A stretch of DNA of 64,000 nt from Bacteroidota bacterium (GTDB taxonomy: Bacteria > Bacteroidota > Ignavibacteria > Kapaibacteriales > UBA2268): contig JAJXYC010000015.1 of assembly GCA_021780815.1 (NCBI GenBank), positions 273,796 to 337,795 on the forward strand, in the 5' to 3' direction. This document shows positions 1 through 10,110 of this stretch, in pieces (the first letter of the stretch is position 1; every line of letters begins with the position of its first letter). Both the position numbers and the translations under genes were made by a program. The notes beneath the pieces were generated by a model that was not told the origin of the DNA, did not search any database, and saw only the letters and a list, made by a program, of their open reading frames with translations.

Positions 1-804
1 ATCTTGCATCAATAAACCTGCTTTTTCAATTGTGTCTTTAACCAATTGCGGAACATAAGTTAAAGCATACTCATACAGTTTCCGCCCTTTCATCTTTAAA
101 TACAACCTGTTGTTTGGTAAATTTGGATTATATGATTTACCCATCGTAAGCAAATCAATATAATTTTTAGTGTCAGTTCTTGTTTTATGAGAAAGAATAC
201 CAACAGGTTCTTCACTTTGAACACCTTCAAGAATAACAGCACCAGAACCATCAGAATAAATCATACTGTCGATATCGTGTGGGTCTGATACTCTGGATAG
301 CGATTCTGCACCAATAACCAGAACTTTTTTTGCATCGCCTGATTTAATATAATAATCAGATTGAATTACGGCTTGTAACCAACCAGGACATCCAAAAGGC
401 AAATCATAAGCAACTGTATAAGGATTTTCTATACCTAATTTTGCTTTGATTCTTGAAGCAATTGTTGGAACTAAATCCGAATAAGGCATCTCGTTTGTTA
501 CATCGCCAAAATTATGTGCAACAATTATATAATCAAGAGTTTCCTTGTCAATCTGTTTATATTCCAAAGCCTGCAATGCCGCATAATAGCCAATATCAGA
601 AGTAACTTCGCTATCTTGAACATAACGCCTTTCTTGAATTGTCGTAATTTCTTGCAACTTATTTATGATTTCACTGTTGTCTTTATGAAATTTGTTCCCA
701 TCAGCATCGTAAAATTCATTGTGAAAGAAGTCTATATTTTTTACTACAACTGGTGGGATGTAACTTCCTGTTGAGGTTATTACTGAATAGATTTGTTTAG
801 ACAT
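1..804 (-). CDS. 3-oxoacyl-ACP synthase III (FabH-like), C-terminal part truncated by window edge
   Basis: The minus-strand reading frame starts at the ATG complementary to 802-804. The N-terminus MSKQIYSVITSTGSYIPPVVVKN and an FGCPGW active-site-Cys-like motif match the KAS III family. No stop codon occurs before the window start. Confidence 0.65.
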   Translation of the reverse strand, partial: MSKQIYSVITSTGSYIPPVVVKNIDFFHNEFYDADGNKFHKDNSEIINKLQEITTIQERRYVQDSEVTSDIGYYAALQALEYKQIDKETLDYIIVAHNFGDVTNEMPYSDLVPTIASRIKAKLGIENPYTVAYDLPFGCPGWLQAVIQSDYYIKSGDAKKVLVIGAESLSRVSDPHDIDSMIYSDGSGAVILEGVQSEEPVGILSHKTRTDTKNYIDLLTMGKSYNPNLPNNRLYLKMKGRKLYEYALTYVPQLVKDTIEKAGLLMQD

Positions 805-910
805 AATTTTTTTTTGTAATTATATAAAATACAAAATTACAGAAAAAAATAATCATAACCACTTAATTAAAAATAGGACAAAAACAAAAAAATCAGATAA
901 TGTAAAAGAG

Positions 911-1258
911 TTAATATTCGATTTGAGTGTGTAAAGCAATTTCTTCCAGAATAGAACTAACTTTGAGACACTCTAATAATTCGCCTTCGAACACAATTGC
1001 TTTTCCATTATTATGTACTGACCAAGCAATTGATTCTGCTTGTTGAGAATCGCAATTGATTGCCTTCATAAGTTGTAAAATTACTTCATCAAAGGTATGC
1101 CAATCATCATTAAATAATATTACTTTTGCAGGAAGAGTAACATTGCTTTCAACAATTATTTCAGGATTCTCTTCTGGCGAAGGTCCAAGAGCTAAATTGA
1201 TATTTAATCTTTGATTATTTGCTGGAATAAATATATCTTTGGAATTACTAAATTTCAT
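911..1258 (-). CDS. clpS: ATP-dependent Clp protease adaptor ClpS
   Basis: The 115-aa product carries the ClpS core motifs VILFNDDWHTFDEVI and AWSVHNNGKAIV. Its size is typical of the family. Confidence 0.8.
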   Translation of the reverse strand: MKFSNSKDIFIPANNQRLNINLALGPSPEENPEIIVESNVTLPAKVILFNDDWHTFDEVILQLMKAINCDSQQAESIAWSVHNNGKAIVFEGELLECLKVSSILEEIALHTQIEY

Positions 1259-1315
1259 AATTAATTTTAAAGAATTAAACTAAAATTTTTCAAAATTAAG
1301 AAACAATCCTTAAAT

Positions 1316-2737
1316 TTGAATTTATTTAATTTAAAAAATCAAAAAAAGACTTTGATACAAATTTCAACAATCATAATTATACTACTTCATCTTGCTGATT
1401 ATACATATATGTTTCAGTTATTTTCTATCGCCGGCTATGGTTTTACCTTCACTGATTTAATGTTTGTCATAGCTTATTTATCTGTTGCTTATCAATTCTT
1501 TGTGCAAAAAAGAGTTTTTACCTTTCTTGAAACCAAAGTATTATATTCCATAATACTATTAACTTTGTCTTTTATTCTTTCAGCCATAGGTCTAATGACT
1601 TGGGGAAATGATGCTAGTCTAATTCAATATTTTAAAACATTATCCCATTTTATTTATGTATCTTTATGGGGAGTATTTCTACTCGGTAGCGAAATCAAAC
1701 CTGATGCATATTTTAAATTAATTAGAGTGATACTTGTAGCTTCATTGCTCATCAATATATATGCTATTTATCAACTTTTTGCAAGAATTTACGATTTACC
1801 ATTAGCTTATATTCAAATATCAAATCAGCAATTTTTAACTCGTGGATTTGACAAAGAATTGGGCGAGGCTAATCAAATTGTATTGAAATTTGAAAATTTT
1901 TATAGAGCAACATCTATTTTTTCAGAACCTTCAGCACTTGCTTCATTTAATCTAATGAATGTTATCTTTCTTATCGTCCCAAAAGCTAGCAAAGTCAAGC
2001 CATTTATTCAAAAGAATTGGTTGAATAATTTAATTTTGATTTTTGTATTAATTGCTTTGATGCTTTCTTTTTCTTTAACTGGTCTATCTTTAATTAGTGT
2101 TTTCCTAATCTCTTTAATCGTTATAAATAAAATTAATATTACTAAAATTATCAAAAATTTTATAATTTTCGCAGTACTTCTTATTGTTGTCGACCAAATA
2201 GTAAGCAATTATACTAATATTAGTGTTCTCAATTTATTTTATCAAAGAGTAGAAGGTTTAATTGCAAATTCTCCCCAAAAAGGTGAAATGGTTGTTGGCG
2301 AATCTGCCCCTGATAGAATTGCCTCAATCAAAAATGCTATAACTTTATATAAAGAATCTCCAATTTTTGGTATTGGCTTAGGCAATACATATTTTCATCC
2401 TAAATCTACTGCAAGATTCGCTCAATCTGCTTTTTTTGGTGTTTTATCCGAAGCAGGTATAATCGGTGCTATTGCACTAATATTTTTCTATTTTAATAGT
2501 TTTAGAGGAAGTTTATTTGTTCATTATGAAACTTTTAATACACAAGCATTTTCTCCTGAATTAGCTACAATGCAAACTTTGCCTATCTTTATTCTTATTC
2601 TCACTATTGTGAGTGGTATATTGACAAGCGATACATTAATTACAACTTCGTATTGGAGTACTTTTGGTATTTTTGCAAGTACTTATAAATCTACCTTATT
2701 ATTAAAAAACAGGAACAGTCTTTCGGCTTCTTCTTAA
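1316..2737 (+). CDS. O-antigen ligase (Wzy_C) family polytopic membrane protein; start uncertain (TTG at 1316, first ATG at 1409)
   Basis: The product has more than 10 predicted TM helices. A periplasmic loop contains FGIGLGNTYFHPKSTARFAQSAFFGVLSEAGIIGAIAL, which resembles the Wzy_C ligase loop. Confidence 0.5.
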   Translation: MNLFNLKNQKKTLIQISTIIIILLHLADYTYMFQLFSIAGYGFTFTDLMFVIAYLSVAYQFFVQKRVFTFLETKVLYSIILLTLSFILSAIGLMTWGNDASLIQYFKTLSHFIYVSLWGVFLLGSEIKPDAYFKLIRVILVASLLINIYAIYQLFARIYDLPLAYIQISNQQFLTRGFDKELGEANQIVLKFENFYRATSIFSEPSALASFNLMNVIFLIVPKASKVKPFIQKNWLNNLILIFVLIALMLSFSLTGLSLISVFLISLIVINKINITKIIKNFIIFAVLLIVVDQIVSNYTNISVLNLFYQRVEGLIANSPQKGEMVVGESAPDRIASIKNAITLYKESPIFGIGLGNTYFHPKSTARFAQSAFFGVLSEAGIIGAIALIFFYFNSFRGSLFVHYETFNTQAFSPELATMQTLPIFILILTIVSGILTSDTLITTSYWSTFGIFASTYKSTLLLKNRNSLSASS

Positions 2738-2772
2738 AGCCTTCAACTTGAAGTCTTCTTAACATATTTTTT

Positions 2773-3215
2773 TACTACAAAAAAAATTTTAGGGTTAGAT
2801 GTAACTTTTTTCCTAAAAAATACTCTTATATATTTAAAAGGGTATTTTCTGAGTTCTTTGAATTTTGTAAAGATTTTTACTACAAAAAAAATTTTAGGGT
2901 CAGATGTAACTTTTTTCCTAAAAAATACTCTTATATATTTAAAAGGGTATTTTCTGAGTTCTTTGAATTTTGTAAAGATTTTTACTACAAAAAAAATTTA
3001 GGGTTAGATGTAACTTTTTTCCTAAAAAATACTCTTATATATTTAAAAGGGTATTTTCTGAGTTCTTTGAATTTTGTAAAGATTTTTACTACAAAAAAAA
3101 TTTTAGGGTTAGATGTAACTTTTTTCCTAAAAAATACTCTTATATATTTAAAAGGGTATTTTCTGAGTTCTTTGAATTTTGTAAAGGTTTTTACTACAAA
3201 AAAAAATAATAACTT
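2773..3215. repeat. Intergenic tandem repeat, 105-bp unit x about 4.2 near-identical copies
   Basis: The unit tactacaaaaaaaattttagggttagatgtaacttttttcctaaaaaatactcttatatatttaaaagggtattttctgagttctttgaattttgtaaagattttt begins at 2773, 2878, 2983, 3087 and 3192. Copies differ only by a few SNPs or indels. Each unit contains the imperfect inverted repeat aatactctt-N9-aagggtatt. Confidence 0.9.
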
Positions 3216-3411
3216 TATATTTTTTTTAATAAAAAAATGTCTATACAATTAATCAAATCAATTAATAAAATGTAGTAGTAAAAAATGTAGTAAAAATAGT
3301 TCATAGATTTGTTTATTTCAAAAATAATTCTTAATATTAAAGTTTAGGAAAATGCAAAATGCAAAAAACTAAATGTAAAATAAATAATTGTAATAATTAA
3401 GAGGTGATATT

Positions 3412-6400
3412 ATGTTTAAAAGACTTTACTACTTTGTAGTAAGTGTTGTAGCACTGGTAATGGTGGTAAGTGCTACGCAAGCACAACAGTTAGACATCAA
3501 CAAGATAAAGGAACAACTTCCTAAATTGCTTGGTGCCAACAATCAAGGCACAGAATTTGTGTTCGGTTTCCACCCTGCTTGGGAAGAAGTTGGACCAAAT
3601 AATGCGTTAAAAATTTATGTTTCATCAGGTGTTGCAACCGAAGTAAGGTTATACATACCTTATTTTAGTTCAGATCCTTTATATGTAAAAACTACAATAC
3701 CAAATGATGTAATTGAATTTAGTCTTTTACCTGCTACTGGACAACCGTATTCACGTGGAGCTGGTGGATTGGTTTCAACTTTGCAGCCAACCCAAGTATG
3801 GAAAGGTCGTGGAATTATTATAACAGCAGACGCTCCTATAATCTGTTATGGTGTAACACGTTATCAATATACGTCAGATGGCTTTCTTGCTATTCCAACT
3901 CAAGCACTTAGTAAGACATATATAATTTCTGCATATAGGGAAACAGCAGATTTTACATCACAGTCACTTACCCCTTACGGTGATATCATTGGAGTTTACG
4001 ACAATACAAAAGTAAGCTTTTCTATCGGTGGCAATAATAATACTTGGGTGAGAGATTTAAATCAAAAGAAATGGAGACCAACTCAAATTATGCAAGCAGT
4101 GATAAATAGAGGAGATTTTTGGTTGGTGGCTTCAGAAGGAGCACAATCAGATTTAGGCGGGAGTTATGTCCAAGCAAACAAGCCAATTTCTGTTTTATCA
4201 GGTAGCCACTGTGCTTATATCCCAACAGCAGTTTCGGCTTGCGATTTTATTAGTGAAGCAGAAATGCCGATACAAGCATGGGGTAAAAAATTATATATCA
4301 CACCAATATATGGCAGAAAAAACGGCTCTGTCTGTCGATTTTTTGCAAAAGAACCAAATACTACATTTAAAAGAGATGGTGTTGAGTTCTTGCAATTATT
4401 TGCAAATTGGGGAGTAGAAGGTGATGGTTGGTTGGAAAAAAGAAGTGACCCTGAAACAGGTTCTAACAAACCAGCTGTTATTACTGCGGATAAGCCAATT
4501 AATGTAGTTCAATATAATCCTGGTCAAAGCGATGATGGTGTTCCTTCCGATCCATTCCAATTAATGCTCACTCCTTATGAACAATTCCAGCATGAAATTA
4601 TCTTTAATACCCCAGGTATTCGTGGAGGTTATGGATTTCCTGTAAATTATATAAACGTAGTTTATCAATCAGATTCCACAGGCCAAATTCCAGACGATTT
4701 AATGTTTGGTGAAGTTGATGCTACACATCAAACAGTTTGGACAAAAGTTAAAGACAAAAGTTCTGCTCCTGGTTTAATGTTTAATGATCCTGACCAAATT
4801 GGTAAAAAAGAACAATTCTTTTCAAAAACTATTCAATTGATGTATGATGGAGTTTATAGATTACAATGCAATAGTCAAAAAATAGCAGCTTATTCTTACG
4901 GATTTGGCAATTACGATTCTTACGGCGAGCCAACCTCTGTTGCACTTGCTGATTTATCCAAACCCGATACAGTTGCTCCAGTGCCATATTACCATATTTA
5001 TTGCGATGGAAGTACTTTTGATAAAAATGGTAAAAATTCAGCTTATGTAACAGATATGCCAGATGATGATAGCATTCGTTCAAATATGTCTTTAATTATA
5101 TTTGACAGAAATAATAGCTATAACTATATTTTCAGTAATAATGATTTTATGCCAGGAGATGATAGAACTGTAAAATGGTCATTAAAAACAATTAACCCAT
5201 CACAAGATGCTCATGCAGTTATAACTTTTGCAGACAGAGCTGGAAATGATACAACAATAGTAATTGATTATTGGGCTATTAAATTATCTATTACTCCAAG
5301 CAATGTTTACTATGGAAATTTAAAAATTGGCGACCAAGTTACTAAAACTTTTGTAATTAAAAACGAATCAAAGACAAGTCCTGCATATTTACAAGAAGTC
5401 TCATTGCAAACTTTTAGAGAAAGTTTAGCTTCGCAAGGATTTAAACTTAGCTATAACTTTGATATTAATCAACCTTTATTACCACAAGATACAAGAACAT
5501 TTACAATTACATTTACAGCACCATCAGAAGGCGAATTCAAAGATTCTGTTGGCGTTGGCGATACCTGCTTCTATCAATATAAAGCATTGGTTAGAGCAAG
5601 TGTAGGAACTCCAATTATTGAAGTATCTGATGTCGATTTTGGTAAAAGAACAGTAGGTGTTCAAACTACTCCATTAATTGCAACTATTACAAATAATGGA
5701 ACAACTTCACTTGCAATTACGGGTTACACAAATAATACATTAAGTGTATTTACAAACGATTTACCAACCATTACTCCTGATAATCCATTAATTATTGATA
5801 AAGGTGGACAATATCAATTCCAAGTATTCTTTAAGCCTGACGCTGTCAAAAAATATTTAGACTCAATTGTCTTCCAAAGCGATGCAGGAACTAACATTGA
5901 TAATGTATGTATGATTCAAGGTGAAGGAATTGAGCCACAGTTACAAGCAACAGGTGATGATTGGGGACGTCGTAGAGCTCATTTAGCAAAATATGATACT
6001 TACCCTTATTATAAATTTACACCATACCCTGCACCAACAGGAGCTATTGTTCTTTCTAATCCAGGTAGTAAAGAAGTAACTATCAATAAAATTGACATCA
6101 TTCAAGATGTACAAGGTGAAGCTTTTGAAATTAATGTAGATGGTACATTACAACCATTGAAAAATTACGTTAATAGCATCGGTCAAATCAAAGATGTATC
6201 TGGTCAAACAATTACAGTAATACCTGCTGGTGGCTCTCGTACAATTCCTGTATTCTTCCACCCGAGAGCAGAAGGCCAATATACATTAGAAATCCAATAT
6301 GAAAGTGATGCTACTGATACTGTTACTTCAACATTAACAGGTATTGGAATTTATCCAAAAATTACTACTACTGATGTTGATTTTGGAACAAAAGTTATTG

Positions 6401-7917
6401 GTGAAGCACCTGTAACTAAAACAGTACGTTTTACAAATGAAACATGGGATTATCAAGATTCTTTAGTATTACAAGGATTAGATATTCAACCGAATGGTTC
6501 TATTAGCCCTGTGTTAGCTACTCCAGGCACTGAAGGATTTAGTTATGACAGTAAAAATATTGCTTTTGGATTTACTGGAATAGTTAATTTCCCTGTTACA
6601 TTACTACCAGGCGATTATATTGAAGTTACTGGTAATTTTGCCGCTGTTAAAACAGGTAATGCTGCTGGTAATATGACAAGTATTAGTGATGCTGATGTTG
6701 ATGTCACTTCTCATTGGACAGGCTTCGGTATTGCTGAATCTCTTGTTTTAAATCCAGGCAATGAACCATTCTTATGCTACAATACATTTGAAGATATTAC
6801 CTACACTTTGGTAAATAATGGCTCAAGCGATATTACAATTCCTGCTAATTCGGTTACCATATTAAATGATGCTGATAATTCATTCTCTTTAATTAGTGTT
6901 ACACGTGCTGATGGTTCTACAGTTGACTTTACTCAAGACTTCAAAATTGCAAAAGGTGAAACACTTACAATTACTGTTCGTTTCAGTCCATCTGCTAAAA
7001 CAAGCAACAATACAGAAGAATTACATCAAGCAACATTGCAAGTAAAAACTTTGGCTGTAACTCCTGCATTACAAACGTTGCAAGTTCCTGTTAAAGGTAG
7101 AGCAATACATTATACAAGAACGTCTGAATCTAAAATTAATGGTGAAAATCAAGTCATTGTTAATCCAGGACAAGATGTGTCTAAACAGCCTATTTCTTAT
7201 AGCATATACCTTACTCAAGGTGCTCAATTAGATTTAGCTAACCCAACTGAATTTACAGTTACTGTACAATACGAAAAGAACTTCTTAGCTATACGTAATA
7301 ATAATGACAAATATATGATTAGCGTGGGAAGTGATTTACCTGCAGATTGGATTGTTCAAGATTACAACTTAGCATTAGATAAAACAACTAACATTGAAAC
7401 TGTTACTATTCATTTGACTGGTTCTACTCCATTCAAGAGCTCAGCACGTTCTCAAATAGTAAAAATTGAATTCTTATCCTTCTTGCCTTGGACTTCCGAT
7501 AATGGACAAATGGTTGTGAAAGGAAAAACAGTGCAAATTAATCATTCAATAACTACAAACGAACAATGTGTTGACGTAATTGACCCAGTTCCAGTAAAAG
7601 CAACATTAACAGAAACTTGTATGGATCCTGTTCGTCAAATTGTTATTAGTGCTTCTGATTACAATTTAGGTACAGTTAATCCTAATCCAGTAGGAGCTAC
7701 TGGTACAGATATTCCTTTCAGCATCGCTTTCGATGGTTATGTTGAAATCCGTATCGTTAATGCCGCCGGTGAAGTTGTTAATACTCCAATTGCACAAAAT
7801 ATGAAAGCTGGTTCTTATTCCGTAAGAATTCCTGCTGACTTACCAAATGGAGCATATTTCCTTGAAATGACTTCTGGTGAATATAAACAATTACGTAAAT
7901 TTACAGTTGCTAAATAA
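3412..7917 (+). CDS. Large (1501 aa) secreted multi-Ig-like-domain surface protein with T9SS C-terminal sorting domain
   Basis: The product has a signal peptide (MFKRLYYFVVSVVALVMVVSATQAQQ) and a strong SD-like aagaggtga upstream. Reiterated DVDFG-K/T-x-VG...TITN-G/E segments resemble choice-of-anchor-D/ASH-type modules. The C-terminus (GAYFLEMTSGEYKQLRKFTVAK) is typical of a Por/T9SS CTD. Confidence 0.8.
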   Translation: MFKRLYYFVVSVVALVMVVSATQAQQLDINKIKEQLPKLLGANNQGTEFVFGFHPAWEEVGPNNALKIYVSSGVATEVRLYIPYFSSDPLYVKTTIPNDVIEFSLLPATGQPYSRGAGGLVSTLQPTQVWKGRGIIITADAPIICYGVTRYQYTSDGFLAIPTQALSKTYIISAYRETADFTSQSLTPYGDIIGVYDNTKVSFSIGGNNNTWVRDLNQKKWRPTQIMQAVINRGDFWLVASEGAQSDLGGSYVQANKPISVLSGSHCAYIPTAVSACDFISEAEMPIQAWGKKLYITPIYGRKNGSVCRFFAKEPNTTFKRDGVEFLQLFANWGVEGDGWLEKRSDPETGSNKPAVITADKPINVVQYNPGQSDDGVPSDPFQLMLTPYEQFQHEIIFNTPGIRGGYGFPVNYINVVYQSDSTGQIPDDLMFGEVDATHQTVWTKVKDKSSAPGLMFNDPDQIGKKEQFFSKTIQLMYDGVYRLQCNSQKIAAYSYGFGNYDSYGEPTSVALADLSKPDTVAPVPYYHIYCDGSTFDKNGKNSAYVTDMPDDDSIRSNMSLIIFDRNNSYNYIFSNNDFMPGDDRTVKWSLKTINPSQDAHAVITFADRAGNDTTIVIDYWAIKLSITPSNVYYGNLKIGDQVTKTFVIKNESKTSPAYLQEVSLQTFRESLASQGFKLSYNFDINQPLLPQDTRTFTITFTAPSEGEFKDSVGVGDTCFYQYKALVRASVGTPIIEVSDVDFGKRTVGVQTTPLIATITNNGTTSLAITGYTNNTLSVFTNDLPTITPDNPLIIDKGGQYQFQVFFKPDAVKKYLDSIVFQSDAGTNIDNVCMIQGEGIEPQLQATGDDWGRRRAHLAKYDTYPYYKFTPYPAPTGAIVLSNPGSKEVTINKIDIIQDVQGEAFEINVDGTLQPLKNYVNSIGQIKDVSGQTITVIPAGGSRTIPVFFHPRAEGQYTLEIQYESDATDTVTSTLTGIGIYPKITTTDVDFGTKVIGEAPVTKTVRFTNETWDYQDSLVLQGLDIQPNGSISPVLATPGTEGFSYDSKNIAFGFTGIVNFPVTLLPGDYIEVTGNFAAVKTGNAAGNMTSISDADVDVTSHWTGFGIAESLVLNPGNEPFLCYNTFEDITYTLVNNGSSDITIPANSVTILNDADNSFSLISVTRADGSTVDFTQDFKIAKGETLTITVRFSPSAKTSNNTEELHQATLQVKTLAVTPALQTLQVPVKGRAIHYTRTSESKINGENQVIVNPGQDVSKQPISYSIYLTQGAQLDLANPTEFTVTVQYEKNFLAIRNNNDKYMISVGSDLPADWIVQDYNLALDKTTNIETVTIHLTGSTPFKSSARSQIVKIEFLSFLPWTSDNGQMVVKGKTVQINHSITTNEQCVDVIDPVPVKATLTETCMDPVRQIVISASDYNLGTVNPNPVGATGTDIPFSIAFDGYVEIRIVNAAGEVVNTPIAQNMKAGSYSVRIPADLPNGAYFLEMTSGEYKQLRKFTVAK

Positions 7918-7948
7918 TTAAATTTAGCATAAACGTTTCATTCGCAAA

Positions 7949-7975
7949 GGTGGGTTAATAACCCACCTTTTTTTT
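7949..7975 (+). terminator. Rho-independent terminator after the 1501-aa gene
   Basis: A ggtgggtt-aata-aacccacc hairpin is followed by a T8 run. Confidence 0.7.
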
Positions 7976-8088
7976 ATCAGCTTACAAAAATTATTTTCAC
8001 CTATATTTATTTTTAGTCGCAACAAAATATTGTATAAGTTATTCCGTTTTTAATCTTAAATTATTTAATATTTTCAAGGAGTATAAAG

Positions 8089-8481
8089 ATGAGATATGTC
8101 CCTCTTACTGGAAGAATTTTGTTCGCAGCTATTTTTATGATGGCTGGGTTTGAACATATTTTTAGCAATGCTCCATTAGTAGCGTTTGCTCAACAATCTG
8201 GTGTTCCACTTGCCTCTCTTGCTGTACCGATAACGGGTATAATGATACTTTTAGGTAGCATAAGTATTCTACTTGGATATAAAGTTAAATTCGGTGCCGC
8301 ATTAATATTTATTTTTTTAATCCCTACTTCATTTATGATGCATAACTTTTGGGCAATGACTGACCCAATGGCAAAGCAAATAAATATGTTGATGTTTATG
8401 AAAAATATGTCTATGTCCGGTGGTGCTTTAATCTTATTTTATTTTGGTAGTGGTCCATTAAGTATGGATAAAAATAAATAA
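8089..8481 (+). CDS. DoxX family membrane protein
   Basis: The 130-aa product has four predicted TM helices. Its N-terminus MRYVPLTGRILFAAIFMMAGFEHIF is DoxX-like. Confidence 0.55.
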   Translation: MRYVPLTGRILFAAIFMMAGFEHIFSNAPLVAFAQQSGVPLASLAVPITGIMILLGSISILLGYKVKFGAALIFIFLIPTSFMMHNFWAMTDPMAKQINMLMFMKNMSMSGGALILFYFGSGPLSMDKNK

Positions 8482-8600
8482 TAGATTGATTTTTAACAAT
8501 GAAATTGAATTAATGTTGAAAAACGAAAAAATTCAAAAATGGACTTATTCGATTTTTAAATTTTTTAATTGTTTAGTTTACTAAAAAAAATAAAATAGAA

Positions 8601-8648
8601 AAGTTCCCTCTAACAAATAACAAATAAGTCATTAGAGGGAACTTTTCT
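8601..8648. terminator. Bidirectional hairpin terminator between convergent DoxX and OmpA-family genes
   Basis: A perfect 12-bp inverted repeat agttccctctaa...ttagagggaact is flanked by A-rich and T-rich runs. Confidence 0.6.
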
Positions 8649-8689
8649 ATAAGCCATAAAGGAATTATAAATATTTGATCTTTACCAAT

Positions 8690-9889
8690 TTACAATTTCA
8701 CAAATTCTACTCTCCTATTCAGTGCTTTATTTGAAACATTATCATTAGGAGCAATAGGTTGTGTTTCGCCCATACCATCAAATTCAATACGAGATGGTTC
8801 TATGCCAAAAGTTTTTACTAAATTATTCTTTACAGATTCTGCTCTTCTTTTTGAAAGATCCAAATTAGAAGCATCATTTCCATCACTATCAGTATGACCG
8901 ACAACTTTAATTCTTATTGAAGGATTTTCGTTTAAAATATCAGCAATTCCTTTTAATGTTCCATACGATTCAGGTTTCACAATATCTTTATTTACATCAA
9001 AATAAATCCCATAACTTACTAATTTTCCTTCTGTCAAAAGTTTACTTCGCATATCAGGCGCCGCATCAGTAATTCTAATATTTGATATATAAGAACCACA
9101 AGAAGCACCTCGGGATAATCTAAAACCAAAACGATTAAATTTTGTTCCCTCGTAAATATTAGTAGGCATATCTAAGACTTTTGCTCCTTTCTGGTAAATT
9201 CTCAGTCTTCTATTCTGCACCCAAATAATCACATGATTTACTTTTTCTGGTACAACGGGGTTTATTTTTGATGAACCTGTAATTTTTACATTTTCCCCTG
9301 CTTTGTAGCCCATAGTATTCCAGCTTTCTTTTTCAATACTAATCTGTAATCCGCTAACTCCTGAATTATAATTATTGTCCAATTCTAAATGTTTATTTTC
9401 CTGATACAATAATATCCCCGCGGCAATACGACCACCTGTTTTCTTCGGAACAATATCAAATTCAACGATGAAATTCGTTGGGAAATTAACATTTTGTAAA
9501 AAGCTATAATTTCCTTCTCCACTATTCAAATTAAACCAATGTCCCGGAGCAATATTTAGCGTATTAATCTCACCAGGAGCATTTGCTGTCCACAAAGCAG
9601 GAAAATCCCCTACGGCATCTTGACTAAAGTCTTCAAACAATATGACTTTTTCACCAGGGACAAAATCAAATTTAGAATAACTTTGCAAATCATTAGTTTG
9701 GGTTAATTCTTTGTTTGCTAATGTGTCTTTCTTAGATTCAGTTTTTTGGTTCTCTTTTGATTTTTCTTTTTCTTCAAATTGCTTCTCAATTTCCTTTGTA
9801 ACTTTTTTCTTTAAAAACTCTAATTGTGCATTAGAACTTAAAGACAATAGAAAAAACAATACAACAATAATGTAAGTTAACAACTTCAT
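8690..9889 (-). CDS. OmpA family protein (C-terminal OmpA-like peptidoglycan-binding domain)
   Basis: The product has a signal peptide and a K/E-rich linker. The C-terminus IKVVGHTDSDGNDASNLDLSKRRAESVKNNLV...NRRVEF matches the OmpA_C consensus. Confidence 0.8.
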   Translation of the reverse strand: MKLLTYIIVVLFFLLSLSSNAQLEFLKKKVTKEIEKQFEEKEKSKENQKTESKKDTLANKELTQTNDLQSYSKFDFVPGEKVILFEDFSQDAVGDFPALWTANAPGEINTLNIAPGHWFNLNSGEGNYSFLQNVNFPTNFIVEFDIVPKKTGGRIAAGILLYQENKHLELDNNYNSGVSGLQISIEKESWNTMGYKAGENVKITGSSKINPVVPEKVNHVIIWVQNRRLRIYQKGAKVLDMPTNIYEGTKFNRFGFRLSRGASCGSYISNIRITDAAPDMRSKLLTEGKLVSYGIYFDVNKDIVKPESYGTLKGIADILNENPSIRIKVVGHTDSDGNDASNLDLSKRRAESVKNNLVKTFGIEPSRIEFDGMGETQPIAPNDNVSNKALNRRVEFVKL

Positions 9890-10028
9890 ACCGATACCCC
9901 TCTTTAAATAAAGTCAAATATACGAATATTTTTTTAATATTATTCTATAAAATAATAATTTATTTGAGTAATAATTAATATTTTTAATATTTTAGATAAC
10001 ATTAAACATGTATTTTATTCAAAATAAA

Positions 10029-10072
10029 AACTGTTCGCAAGTAGAATATAAAGTATCTTACGAACAGCTTTC
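10029..10072 (-). terminator. Hairpin terminator downstream of the P5C dehydrogenase gene
   Basis: An inverted repeat ctgttcgcaag...cttacgaacag is followed by a T-rich run in the minus orientation. Confidence 0.5.
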
Positions 10073-10110
10073 TATAAAGAACATTAAGCAATTATAATAT
10101 TATCTTTAAA

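Noticed and set aside
2773-3215. A repeat array that could be mistaken for a CRISPR locus
   Set aside because: Whole 105-bp units repeat head-to-tail with no unique spacers between short repeats. No cas genes are nearby. It is classified as a tandem repeat.
2985-3252. ORF-track ORFs 2985..3248 (-) and 3067..3252 (+) inside the repeat array
   Set aside because: Their open frames are an artefact of the 105-bp (35-codon) periodicity. The peptides are low-complexity K/F-rich. Neither has an RBS or any homology signal.
4166-5083. Several 83-84-aa ORFs (both strands) inside the 1501-aa gene
   Set aside because: They are nested within a long, well-supported CDS and have no independent evidence.
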